Positions 36,356 through 47,866 of a DNA stretch of 64,000 nucleotides are shown in pieces. Source of the DNA: Nemertoderma westbladi (lineage: Eukaryota; Animalia; Xenacoelomorpha); assembly GCA_032718475.1 (NCBI GenBank), contig JAUCBJ010007366.1, positions 1 through 64,000 of the forward strand, in the 5' to 3' direction. A program made the translations under genes and the position numbers. The notes beneath the pieces are model-generated. The model did no database searches, had not been told where the DNA came from, and saw only the letters and a list, made by a program, of their open reading frames with translations. Position 1 is the stretch's first letter. Each line of letters opens with the position of its first letter.

Positions 36356-37618
36356 TGTAAAAGCTTCTGTGGGATATAACTGGCCCTTTTGCTTCGCAAT
36401 CCAGTTTCCCCCCTAGGCGCTGGAATACTCTAAAAGGCTCTATAACTATATATATATTCCCCTCGCCCGCAAGGTACCGTTATAGGTGTTTTAACGGACA
36501 TAAAAGTCATTCTGCTATATACGTGTTTTGGCGGACATGGTAAGGCAAAAAACCTGCAATGCACCAAATACCTTTCACAGCTTAGCCGTGATGATTCATA
36601 TTACGACATCTAACAGCTGGTTGCTGACATGGAAACAGCCATTGGCCACATGGTTCTTTGTTTAGCTTAAGCCAATCAGAGCGATTTTTTCTGTCGATGT
36701 GGAGCTTTTCGGCCGATCATACTAGGAGTGTTCAGTCTTACTGTTTTTTGTGATACTTTGTGTTGTTGCTTTCTAGGCCAGGAACACCGGCTCTAGAGTC
36801 AATTCGTTTCATACTTTAGAAGAAACATTAGTAGGCTTAAATTATAGAGCGTATAACTGTTATCACATCTCACATCATATATCAATTTATATCAACTTGT
36901 TTCTATTCTTGCATTATCGGTTCAACATACATTATTATACTGCTATTTACTGTTGTGTTTTGGTTGAATATTATTTGGAGAACATATATAAAGAACCCAA
37001 ATTTCCCAATTTTCTTGATACACTACAGGTTAGAGAGGCGGGTTATATATAGCGATTGCGACTTATATTGTTGTGGTTTGTAGTGAATTTAATGCTATTT
37101 GGTAAGCCCTACATGAGTCAATTGCTGTTCGCTTTATATATGATAAAATTCATTGACGGTCGGCAAATTAGTGAGCAGTATTGTGTGTTACCGGTAGTGT
37201 GCCTGATAGTGATTGATAACTAAGCATTTCCTAAAGAATGCGCCTCATACGTGAATCATAAGCCTTACCGACTTACCGTTGTGATTAGTATAAGTCATAT
37301 CTCTGTTTACTTAGATAGAGCGCCACATCCTAAAGGAACTGTTAATATTTCCCGAAAGTGAATAATATTAGTCAGAAATTATTTATTAACGATCAATCGA
37401 ATAATACAGTAAGCTTACACTGCAATAATAATCTAAGCCCTCAGAATCCAGTCTCCCGGGTATATCCAGCGGGTGAATGGACGCGCACTAGGCTGGCTTC
37501 TGCTAATGTTGTGTTTATTGGTATTAAATATTTGTCATCTTCTAAAGTCTATTTATAAACCAAAAGACATATAAATTTTGGCAGGTTAAACTGCTAAAGG
37601 TCTTCAAAAGCGCGTACA
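36356..37618 (+). repeat. 5' LTR (1263 bp)
   Basis: TGTAAAAGCTTC...AAGCGCGTACA. By eye it differs from the 3' LTR by a 7-bp duplication near 36865 and one substitution (CCACATCC vs CCACGTCC). Confidence 0.97.
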
Positions 37619-37683
37619 ATAACAGTTATTGACTTTATTGCAGTAAGCAGTAAAGTTGAAAGTACCGGTCGACCGGTAAACCT

Positions 37684-37810
37684 GAACCGGTACTTCTGTA
37701 GGTCAGTAGGCCCAACTGCCAGAACCGGTACTGCTGTAGGTCCGTAGGTCCAACTGCCAGAACCGGTACTTCTGTAGGTCCGTAGGCCCATCTGTCCTAA
37801 CCGGTACTTC
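37684..37810 (+). repeat. 38-bp tandem repeat (~3.3 copies) in the element leader
   Basis: GAACCGGTACTTCTGTAGGTC(A/C)GTAGGCCCAACTGCCA. Confidence 0.85.
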
Positions 37811-37974
37811 CAGTATAAGTACATTAGTATTATTCGATTTTGATTATTGTATACCGGTAGGTCTCGATATTAAATCGGGGACGCCTGGTTTTTATTGAGA
37901 TTTTACTTAGGTCTATTTCTGTCAGTTTTATTTCCTAGTAAGTTAATATTGAGCTGAAGACGTGTAAGTCTGCT

Positions 37975-38510
37975 CAGATTGTTCAGATAATTGTAGGCCT
38001 GACTGTTGTCGGATTGTTGTTGAGTTTGGAGAGATTGCGGCGTGTGTAGAGTTTGTCCGATAGAGTGCCAGTTAGTAAGTTGGGGCAGCCATAGCTGTAA
38101 GGTCAATCCCCTCTTAAAGAATAAGTCGTACTACCGTGTTAGAACGCATACTAACTAACCATTTTGGAATCTGCACATACTGTAGTTTATTTAGGCTTGA
38201 CAGTATTCTGCCAGCGTTTTGGCCTGTGTTTGTTTGTGTGGTCTGTTCAGGTACCGTAATAGTTATTACTCAGATATTTTGTAGGCTGGATTGTTGTCTA
38301 GCTATTATTAGGTCTGAAGAGATTGCTGCGTGTGTAGAGTTTGTCTGATAAAGTGCCAGTTAGTAAGTTGGGGCAGCCATAGCTGTAAGGTCAATCCCCT
38401 CTTAAAGAATAAGTCGTACTACCGTGTTAGAACGCATACTAACTAACCATTTCGGAATCTACACATACTGTAGTTTATTTAGGCTTGGTGGTAGTCTGCC
38501 AGCGTTTGGT
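37975..38510 (+). repeat. ~288-bp direct duplication in the element leader
   Basis: GGTCAATCCCCTCTTAAAGAATAAGTCG at 38101 and 38389, with long flanking identity. Confidence 0.85.
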
Positions 38511-39853
38511 TTGTATTTTGTTTGAGTATTCTGTACGGGTAGCGTAATATTTATTATTCAGAGTTTATGCGATTATTCGCAACATTCATGTCCCCAAGTT
38601 TATTCCTACAGTAATTGTGTTTGTTATACATACCGTTATAGTTAAATTAACCCCGGTACTACACGGGCTGCTTGGCGTAGGACAAGACTGGTGATTTTGT
38701 GCACCGGTCACTCCAGCAGATGCCGTGGTTCTTTTAACTGTTCAAGTATATTTAACTACTGATTATTTGTTGTACCAGTACTTGTACCTAATTTAGGGTT
38801 TAGTGTACAGTGCTTTCCGAGGTAATTAGTGTATAGGCAGTATATTTGTGTTGTAAAGTGGTTAATAGGCACGCTGGATCTGGTAGTCCGCGGTAATTAA
38901 CTTCTAGGTAGGAACACTCCGTGATCCATAACGTAGTACCTATAGCGATACGGTTATAGGTCGTCAGGCGGTGGTATTTTCCTATCTGGACAGTGCAATA
39001 TATTTACTACTACTTATTATTTCAAATACCGTAGTACCCTGTCCGTTGTAATAACCAGAAATCTAACCCTTTGTTAGACTGGTTTGTAGACTTCCTGTAA
39101 AATTACCCTAAAAATTCGTACGTAATATTTTTGTTGTGTTTAATTAGAGATTTAATCTCACCCGTATCGTAAGTAATTTGTAGTATTAAGTAACTTAGGT
39201 AAATTAGAATTATCAGTTTTTAGTGTCCAATAGGTAGCACTTCACTGAGAGCGAACAGCTTCTGTGTAGTGACTCCCACAGAAATAATAACATTTATTTC
39301 AAATATTGACAAAACCCCTTTTAAACGGGTATATATCTATTATAAATCAACTCAAACGATTTATAAATAGTAGGCCTGCCATACAACAACTAGGCCTCAA
39401 AATCAGTTGGACTACTGCTTAAATAACGGTAACAAAGTAAGTTAAAGTAAACAAGTAACCCTAAAATATTCAGAAATTCAATTATTCTAAAATAATTGAC
39501 ATACCGGTATTTACCATAGGCTTATTATATTTATTTCTATAAATTTGAGCTGAAATCATACCGGTACTCTGTAATTAATTCTAGTCCATAATTATACTTA
39601 TATATACTATCAGTGTAAGCTGTATACCGGTATTCACGATAGGCCTATTATATATTTATATATATTTGTGCTAAAATTATATACCGGTACTCTGTGACAA
39701 ACCTAGTTTACAATACTTATATATACTATAAGTGTATACCGGTATTCTAATATACTGTAATAAATTAACGATACTAGGCCAACGGTCATACTGAATTACT
39801 AGACTTGCTTTAACTGTAACTATAGCAGTAAGCATTCAACTGTATAGTTAAAC

Positions 39854-41953
39854 ATGTCTGACACTCAGCCATACCTGTCAGACAGTCTAATCGATACAAC
39901 CATCTGTGACACAGATAGGAGTGTGGAGCGATTAAGAAAGGAGTTCAGCTCACCTCCTACTGAAAGAAAGGTCATCCCTCCAGTAGAAGTATCAGACCCT
40001 AAGCTAATCCAACACCGTAGGTCTATCATCGGCACTCAGGCCCAAGTCAAACGGAACCAGGAAGCAGCTGTCCCACAGCAGCAACAGCCTAGTCAAGAAA
40101 CTTGTTCCCAGCAATCCGATAGCTCCAGTAATTCGGATACTGTCGAGCTGACCCCCGAACGCGGATTGCAGATGGCGGCTAAAGCCTACTCGGACCCCCT
40201 TCTCACCCTTCCTGCCGCAGTGCTAACTACTATATTGATTGCGGTGGAGGAACATCAAGCCAATTGGGCGAGAAATAAGCGAGCGACCCAAGATAATTAT
40301 GCGGGATACGCCAGGGAAGAATTGATGTCTATTGTCGAGTCACAATGGAACTTTCCCGGACCCGGACTCCCGTTAGATCTGTCCGAGGCTACTTGGGAAG
40401 ATATACACAGGATGGGAGTGGCTAAAGATACGATGGATCCAGCTGTTTGGAAGAGGTCGGCAGCTGGATATGTGCAGGGATTCTTCGGCTCCTTAGAGCG
40501 ATTAGAAGAACAACTGTTTCGACAACCCCAAGGACCTCAAGAGCAGGAAGAACTGCTATATCAAGTACGCGAAAGAACCCTACGCATTAGACTAATCCTA
40601 TCAGCCTTTGAGGAAACTTCCAAAAGAAGACAGGACACGTCGCTGCAGGTTGCTGTCAAAACTTGGTTCCAGCGGGTAGGTCTCAAAGTACAAGAAACAG
40701 ACCAGTGGAAATCCCAGTTGTCTGAGAGACTAACCTATGACGAACCAACCGATGTCACCCTTCCTCAAGTGGAAGGCGAAGAGACCGCAGAGAGACCACG
40801 AACGAGAGACGCCATCGACATTTATCTGTCCGACTATCAGCGATTCCTAGGAGACGAAGAGTTGAGGAGACGGCTGTCTGGACTTTCCCCTAATAGTGAA
40901 GGAACCCAGCGTGTGTTAGACTCAATCGATGCTGAAATGTTAGCGGCTAACCAAGCTGAGTTTGATGAAAAACCTCGCCTCACTAGAGTCCAAGAAGAAC
41001 TAGTAAAGAAAAAACGGATAGAGGACCGAAAGGCAGCTGCAGTAACAGCGGCAATGGCCGAAGTGGAAGCGGAAAGAAAAGCAGCGGCGGCAGAAGCAGA
41101 AGTAGAAAGAAAAGCAGCAGAAGCAGAAAGAAAGGCAGCAAAGGCAGTGGCAGAAGCAGAACGGAGAGCCTCTGAGGAGACTACCCAACTGGAGTTGGAA
41201 AATCTGCAAGAGACGCAAGACAACATAAATAAACAGTTAACTGCTAGTCGAATGCAGATGATGAGACGATCTACTCCAAAACGCCAGGGATACACATCAT
41301 CAGAGGAAAGCGAAACCACCGATCCTGAAGGCGGCGGAAATAGATCTCGTCTAAGCAGGCGTAGAAAAACATCTCACCGCCACAAATTGCCTGATTTGCC
41401 CCCGGCGGTTAGAAGACAATTAACTAGCACAGACTTAGGTAGTACAGAACCCACAGAACAAATTATTCAGGTCAAAAGACTCCCTACAATAGTCCCTACA
41501 ATAGTTCCCAAAGCCACTTCTGTGCTAGAGACCCCTGTACTTCCAGAGCTTAACTCTAAATTCCCTTTACACAGTACTACACTGCCTGTGCCCGGTAGAA
41601 CAGTCCATGAGAATATCCCTGTCCTGGAAGCTGAGAGAGAAATCAAAGATTTGTCTCCCGTCGTCCCACGTCAGCCCGCTACAATGTTGGCGACTCCCGC
41701 TTCGGCGGTCGAGTGGGTAGAAGAGGGACGGCGGGGGATGAATCTCCTGCTCGGACAGATGCAGGAGACTGTCTACCAACTTAAGGGAACAGTAAGGGAA
41801 GGTAGGGCCGAATTGCAAGAAGTGCAGCAAAGTATCGCGCTAGAACGCGACAAATTAGTCAATATCCAAAAGGGAATACCAATACCCCCTGTAAAATTGT
41901 GTCAACCTGTTAGGTCTGAAGTATTACATGCGCAAGGAACATGCGCAAGGTAG
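39854..41953 (+). CDS. 699-aa ORF: probable N-terminal Gag region or accessory ORF with coiled coil
   Basis: Long open frame with an AEAERKAA coiled-coil run, directly upstream of the capsid-like region but in a different frame. Confidence 0.6.
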   Translation: MSDTQPYLSDSLIDTTICDTDRSVERLRKEFSSPPTERKVIPPVEVSDPKLIQHRRSIIGTQAQVKRNQEAAVPQQQQPSQETCSQQSDSSSNSDTVELTPERGLQMAAKAYSDPLLTLPAAVLTTILIAVEEHQANWARNKRATQDNYAGYAREELMSIVESQWNFPGPGLPLDLSEATWEDIHRMGVAKDTMDPAVWKRSAAGYVQGFFGSLERLEEQLFRQPQGPQEQEELLYQVRERTLRIRLILSAFEETSKRRQDTSLQVAVKTWFQRVGLKVQETDQWKSQLSERLTYDEPTDVTLPQVEGEETAERPRTRDAIDIYLSDYQRFLGDEELRRRLSGLSPNSEGTQRVLDSIDAEMLAANQAEFDEKPRLTRVQEELVKKKRIEDRKAAAVTAAMAEVEAERKAAAAEAEVERKAAEAERKAAKAVAEAERRASEETTQLELENLQETQDNINKQLTASRMQMMRRSTPKRQGYTSSEESETTDPEGGGNRSRLSRRRKTSHRHKLPDLPPAVRRQLTSTDLGSTEPTEQIIQVKRLPTIVPTIVPKATSVLETPVLPELNSKFPLHSTTLPVPGRTVHENIPVLEAEREIKDLSPVVPRQPATMLATPASAVEWVEEGRRGMNLLLGQMQETVYQLKGTVREGRAELQEVQQSIALERDKLVNIQKGIPIPPVKLCQPVRSEVLHAQGTCAR

Positions 41954-42072
41954 AAACTCCTATAGCAAACCCTATTAAGGGTGATTAAAGACCTGTTATT
42001 AATGATATCCCTTATAGACCTGACAATGATCCGAGAAATTTATATACCGATAATTCGATATTAAATAACACG

Positions 42073-45000
42073 ATGGCCCAAGAAAGCTTTACGCGTCAGA
42101 TGGCTAGAACAGAAGCCCGCCAAGCGGTCAAAGTGGGAGAGATCGTTAAATTCAATGGAGATGAGATGAAATGGCTACCTTTCAATGAATATTACAAAGA
42201 TAGCATACAAAACTCTGTACTATCTAACGGAGAGAAACTTAGGTTCCTCATCAAATGCTTGGAAGGACCTCCCAGGTTAATGGCGTTAAAGTTTATTGGA
42301 CATCCAGAAGGATTAAGACAAGTATGGGATACATTAAACATCAGGTATGGTAACAAAGATAACATAGCTAAGTATTTGTATGCAAAATTAGTAGCCCCCC
42401 GACACTTCCTTAGTAGCGGGATTATAGAGTTTTCCGATGAGATTCAAGAGATCTGTAGACAATTGGACTGGTTAGGTAAGTCGCATGAATATCAGAGTTC
42501 CATGGTTATTGGAGCCGTAGTCTCTACTTTACCAAAGGGTGGAGTATGTACACGCTGGGACAAGAAAGTGTTGTACATGAATGAACAACAACGACGAAGT
42601 CCTACCATGGCTGATCTCATGTCCTTCTTAGATGGTGAAGTAAAACTACAACTCATCAAGCAGTCCAGAGAGAAAACATCGGAAAATAAGGTAAGTGAGA
42701 AACCCGCTTCTAGGAGAAGAGTAACACCGGTGTGTTACACTGACGACGGCGAAAGCCAAGCCTCTCAAGAAGAGGACAGCGGGAAAGACACAGATCGATC
42801 TTACAATGTTGACAAAACCTCAAAAGACGTAAGTAAATACAAGGCTCGAAACAACGATAGGAGAGAACAGGCTGCCAAGACCCCTCCTCAGTCTCCTAAC
42901 AGAATACACCGAAGAAAACCCGAAGAAAAAACGAGAGTGCATCAAGTTACCCAAGGTAAAGTGAGTAACATAAAACCTAACTGTGCGCTGTGCGACGGGA
43001 CCCACCGTTTGAGTGCGTGTGCTGAATTTCTAAAGAAATCCCTTGTAGACAGACGTGCAGTCGTATGGGATAAGCGGTTATGCTATAATTGCCTCAGACC
43101 AGGACACCAACGGCGAACCTGTTACTCCGACATAAAGTGTGCAAAGTGTGGCGCGAAACATCACATCTTGTTACACAGTGAGTTCGAACGAAACAAACTG
43201 AGTCAGGTAAGTGAGCCCGAACTACATGTCCAATTCAGTGATGTAAATGACACTGATCAAGAATCTGAGATGGAAGGATTCTATACTGACAAATTCTCCG
43301 ACGCCAACGAATCCTGTTATCTAATCAATACCGCAGTGTATCGAGCACTTACTTATGAAAAGGACACCAACGATGAGTTTCCCCCAACTACTTTTGCCAA
43401 ACAACCATCTTGGAAAGCTCCAACTTCCAACGTAGGAATCAGAGAATTTCCTGTAGTGCAGGTAAGAGTTCACGGTCTTAACAAAAGTTACATAGTGAAC
43501 GCCCTCCTTGACTCCGGCAGCACAGGAACATTCATTGATCAAGAACTAGCCGAAGATATCTTTGCTGGACAACCCAAGTTCCGGACTAAATTGAATATGT
43601 CAGGAATTATGCAGGTTTGGAAATCTACCCTAACGGCAGATTACTATGTAGGTGTGTTGTCCACCCCCCAGGATAAGTTAGGAGCACAAGGTATAAGGTC
43701 GGTAAAAATGGTGGCTATAAGGAACTTCGCTACTACTCAAGCAGACCTTTATAATTGGGACGAGGATGAGAGCATCCAACATCTTAAGATACCTCGATTC
43801 CAGATAGATTATCCTGGAGTGCAAATACTCATCGGCCAAAACGCGCATGAAGCGCTCGAAACATTGGAGAAATGGCCTGCTCAACCACAACCACTGCAAA
43901 CCTATGCGGTAAGAACTAGAGTAGGTTGGTACTTTACTGGCCCTTCCCGCAGGACTCTCGCAGAGAGAATGCCACAAGAACAAACATACCAAGTAAACGA
44001 TTGGGAAGTGGAGAGCAGTGAGGTGGACGAACTAACTGAGGGAACACCATACTCCTCAGATAATGACGACATCTACCAACTCTTCGAGGAAGAGAACACA
44101 ATCGACCTACTTACAGAAAACCAAACTTGGAAAAATCAGGTGAACCTATGTCAACTGATTCGCCCATCGGAACCCATCGCTTACAATGACGAACTAAACG
44201 ATGAGATAGAGCGCTACAACGCTAGAACTCGGGACGAACTAGCTGTACGATTCTTTACTCAGGAACTGGTAGAGCCCAATTCATATGATAAGGCTCTATC
44301 GATAGAAGAAGAAAGAGCCAAGCAAATCCAGGAAACAACTACACGTTTTTTAAAAGACCAAGGTAGATATGAAATCGGCCTACCATTTCGAAAACGAGAA
44401 CCTAGATTTATAAATAACAGACCTTTGGCAGAGAAAAGAATCGCTCAATTACATCGACGACTTACAGCTAATGCTTCAGCGAAAGAAATGTACCAAACTC
44501 AGCTGAAGAAATTTATAACAAAGGGATACGCGGAGCGAGTACCGGAAGGAACACCAGTGACTGAGAGAACGTATTACTTAACACATCATTACGTTCCCAA
44601 ACCCGGTAAACCACACGAAGTACGAGTCGTATTCGATGGCTCCGCCCTATATATGGGCCAATCCCTCAATTCCGAGTTGTTACCAGGACCCAACTTACTC
44701 CAATCTTTGTTGGGAATACTTTTAAGATTAAGACAATATTCCATCGCGTTCGCCTCAGATATAGAAGGAATGTTCTTACAAGTCAAGGCGCTGGATAGAG
44801 ATAGAGACAGCCTGAGATTTCTGTGGTGGCCTGAAGGAGACCTCAATCAGAAACCGGTAGAATACTGGATGACCATCCAGGCTTTTGGAATCATATCAAG
44901 CCCTTCCAACGCCTGCTCCGTGGTGCGAACCACTGCGAATGACAACCGAGACTCCTTCTCAAAAGAAGTGATAGACAACATAAAACGCAATATATACATG

Positions 45001-45654
45001 GACGACAATTTAAGGTCCCTTCCATCAGTAGAAGAAGCCATAGCTGTCGCGAAAGGAATGGTAGATTGTTTGAAAAGAGGTGGATTTCGACTGACGAAAT
45101 TCACTAGCAACTCCCGTGAGTTTCTGGAAGCCATACCAGTAGAAGACCGAGGAACGAAAGACCTAGACTTAATAAAGGACGATCTTCCTGAAACCAAGAC
45201 GCTTGGCTTGAAGTGGGACACTGAAAGATACATCCTGTTTTTTCAGTTAAAACAGCGAGATAATCCAGTTCGGACCAAACGGATTTGTTTAAGTATCCTG
45301 AGCACTTATTTCGACCCATTGGGATTTATTAGCCCAGTTATATTGATTGCTCGGAGTTTAGTACAACAAATGTGGCTTGAAAACCACTCATGGGACGATC
45401 CGCTTAAGGGAGAATTGTTAAAAAAATGGATGAAATGGGAAGATTCTCTACCTGCCATCGAGAACTTTATAATTTCCCGTGCATATTTTGGCCATGTTCT
45501 TCCTACGTATTCTTATCAACTCCATGTGTTTGGAGACGCCAGCGACATGGGAATAGGTATAGAAGCATATCTGCGAGTCAAAACCCCGGATGGAATCAAA
45601 GTCGCCTTGGTTACCTCTAAGGCATTGATTAACAACAAGTTAAAGGTTCCTCGC
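42073..45654 (+). CDS. BEL/Pao Gag-Pol: capsid-like domain, Zn knuckles, aspartic protease, RT, N-half of RNase H
   Basis: KFNGDEMKWLPF (DUF1759-like), CALC..H..C/CYNC..GH..C/CAKC..HH.LLH, ALLDSGS, RVVFDGS, DIEGMFLQV, YMDD, LHVFGDAS. Confidence 0.95.
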
Positions 45655-47866
45655 GGCTTTATACGCTACAGCCATCGGCCGGAACGTAACGGAACAAATC
45701 GACTATCCGCTGGAGAAAACGGTTTATTGGACCGACACTTTACTCGTGTTGGAGTATCTAACCAATGAAGTCTGTCAGTTCAGCGTTTTTGTTACTAACA
45801 GAGTAGCTAATATTCTTAGTCGCACAAAGATAGATCAATGGAGACATTGCCCTGGTACGATTAATCCAGCCGATATCGCCTCCAGGGGAGCAACTCCACA
45901 GGAACTGATAGATACTCCAGATTGGTTGGGTGGACCCGACTTCCTGAGCAAGGAAGAGGATGAATGGCCTCCTCACCTTACTACGGCAGAGATTAGACAA
46001 GCCAAGGGAGCGGAGACAGTCAAACCTAAAACCCGGGCGAGTAAATCGAAGTTATTTAAACCGACTATCGATCTATCTGTATTACATACTTCCGGGAATG
46101 ATGCTTCGGATCCACAATCCCTCAACACAAATAAGTCTGTTGTGGAAATTAGAGATAGAGATTGGAAATCTGGAATACCAGACGTCTCGCAAGGAATCTC
46201 ACCCATGCTGCAGAGAGCAATGCATCATTACAGTTCCTGGAATTGGCTCTGTAAAGCCGTCACATATTTAAGACGATGTTTTCATCATCACTACTCCAGG
46301 ACGAAGACCACTAGTGATAACGCTCCATTGACATCTGCACAAGTTCATGTTATTAAAAATTTACCCAAATATAAGACATCTGACCGTTTTCTAAAGGAGA
46401 AAATTAGTCACCAGGAGCATGAAGAAACCAATAAGCAGATATTGAGACTCCTGCAATGCTATGAGGATTCCGAAAAGTATTTCCTGCTGTTGAGAAATCC
46501 GCAGATGCGCTTAAGGGATCGATTCTCGAGCACAATGATAGATGGGCTAATACGTGTTGGAGGAAGACTCACCAATGCGCCCTTATCCTTTGACACCAAA
46601 TTCCCCATACTTATTAGAAATCTTGAAGTACAAATCAAGATGATTGTAGATGTTCACAGTAAACTTTATCATGCTGGTAGAGAACGAATTCTTAGCGAAA
46701 TTCGAACTCGCTATTATTTTGATAAACCCCGTAGAGCTCTGAACCAAGTTCTTAGGAACTGCATACCCTGTAGGAAAGCATTCAGTAGGCCTTTAACACA
46801 GCGAGAGGCAGAATTACCTAGGGAACGAGTAAGCTTCTATGAACCACCTTTTACTAATACTGGTGTAGATTTATTTGGCCCTATTGAAGTATATCGTGCT
46901 AGGACTATAGTCAAGAGATGGTGTGTCATCTTCGTGTGCATGACTTGTAGAGCCATCCATCTCGATATGGTGAACGATCTATCTACCAACAGCTTCGTCT
47001 TAAGTTTACGACGACAGATCGCTCGCTTCGGGACGAGTAATACCATGAGATCGGATAAGGGAACGAACTTCATTGGTGCCAACAACGAAATACAGGCTTA
47101 CGTGAAGGACTGGAACCAAAGACAGGTGGACGACCAGCTAAGGATAACAGCGTCTAGCTGGACCTTCAACGCCGCCGACGCCCCTTGGTGGGGAGGAAGT
47201 TGGGAGAGATTAATTCGAAGTGTCAAAACCGCATTTCACTTTATAATGCCATGCCGCGCGTATCTCACCGACGAACTTTTGCGGACGTTAATGGAGGAAA
47301 TAGCTGCCTACCTCAACGAGAGACCGCTTATGCCAGTCTCATCGAGTCCCGATTCCCTGGAAGCGCTAACACCCGCGCACTTCCTACTGAAGAAACCTGT
47401 AGCCATGCTCCCACGATCGGAGATTGCCGACGGAGACGAATACTGCCGTCGAACTTGGCAACTTATGCAGTTGCTATCCCGTCGTTTCGCTGACCATTTC
47501 GAGAAACATTATCTGCCCACGCTACAACTTCGAACTAAGTGGTTTGCGCAGCAAGAAAACGTCAGCGCCGGAGATATGGTGCTTATTGTAGATCCAGACC
47601 TCCCACGTAAACGGTGGCAGACAGGTCGTATCATCGAGACCCACATCTCAGATGATGGTTTAGTACGCTCGGTAGAACTCATCGTCATGCGGCGTAACTT
47701 CAAGAAGCCAGGCATAATCTTTGAGACGCAACAACTCAATCGCCCAGTTGGTCGTTTATGTTTACTGGAAAGAGACAGAGAACTCTCCGGGAACTATGGA
47801 AGGCAAGACACTCTTCCCATGACCACCTCCCTAATTCCTCAAACATCTAGGGACTCCCCAACGTAA
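45655..47866 (+). CDS. Pol continuation after frameshift: C-half of RNase H, integrase (HHCC, DDE) and C-terminal domain
   Basis: VYWTDT, FVTNRV, WRHCPGTINPADIASRG, H..LYHAG...CIPC, GVDLFGP, SDKGTNF, SWERLIRSVK, YLPTLQLRTKW, DGLVRSV. Confidence 0.95.

Noticed and set aside
37358-37558. Identical 66-aa ORFs at 37358 and 54070
   Set aside because: They are identical only because they lie in the two LTRs; the start is GTG and there is no coding evidence.
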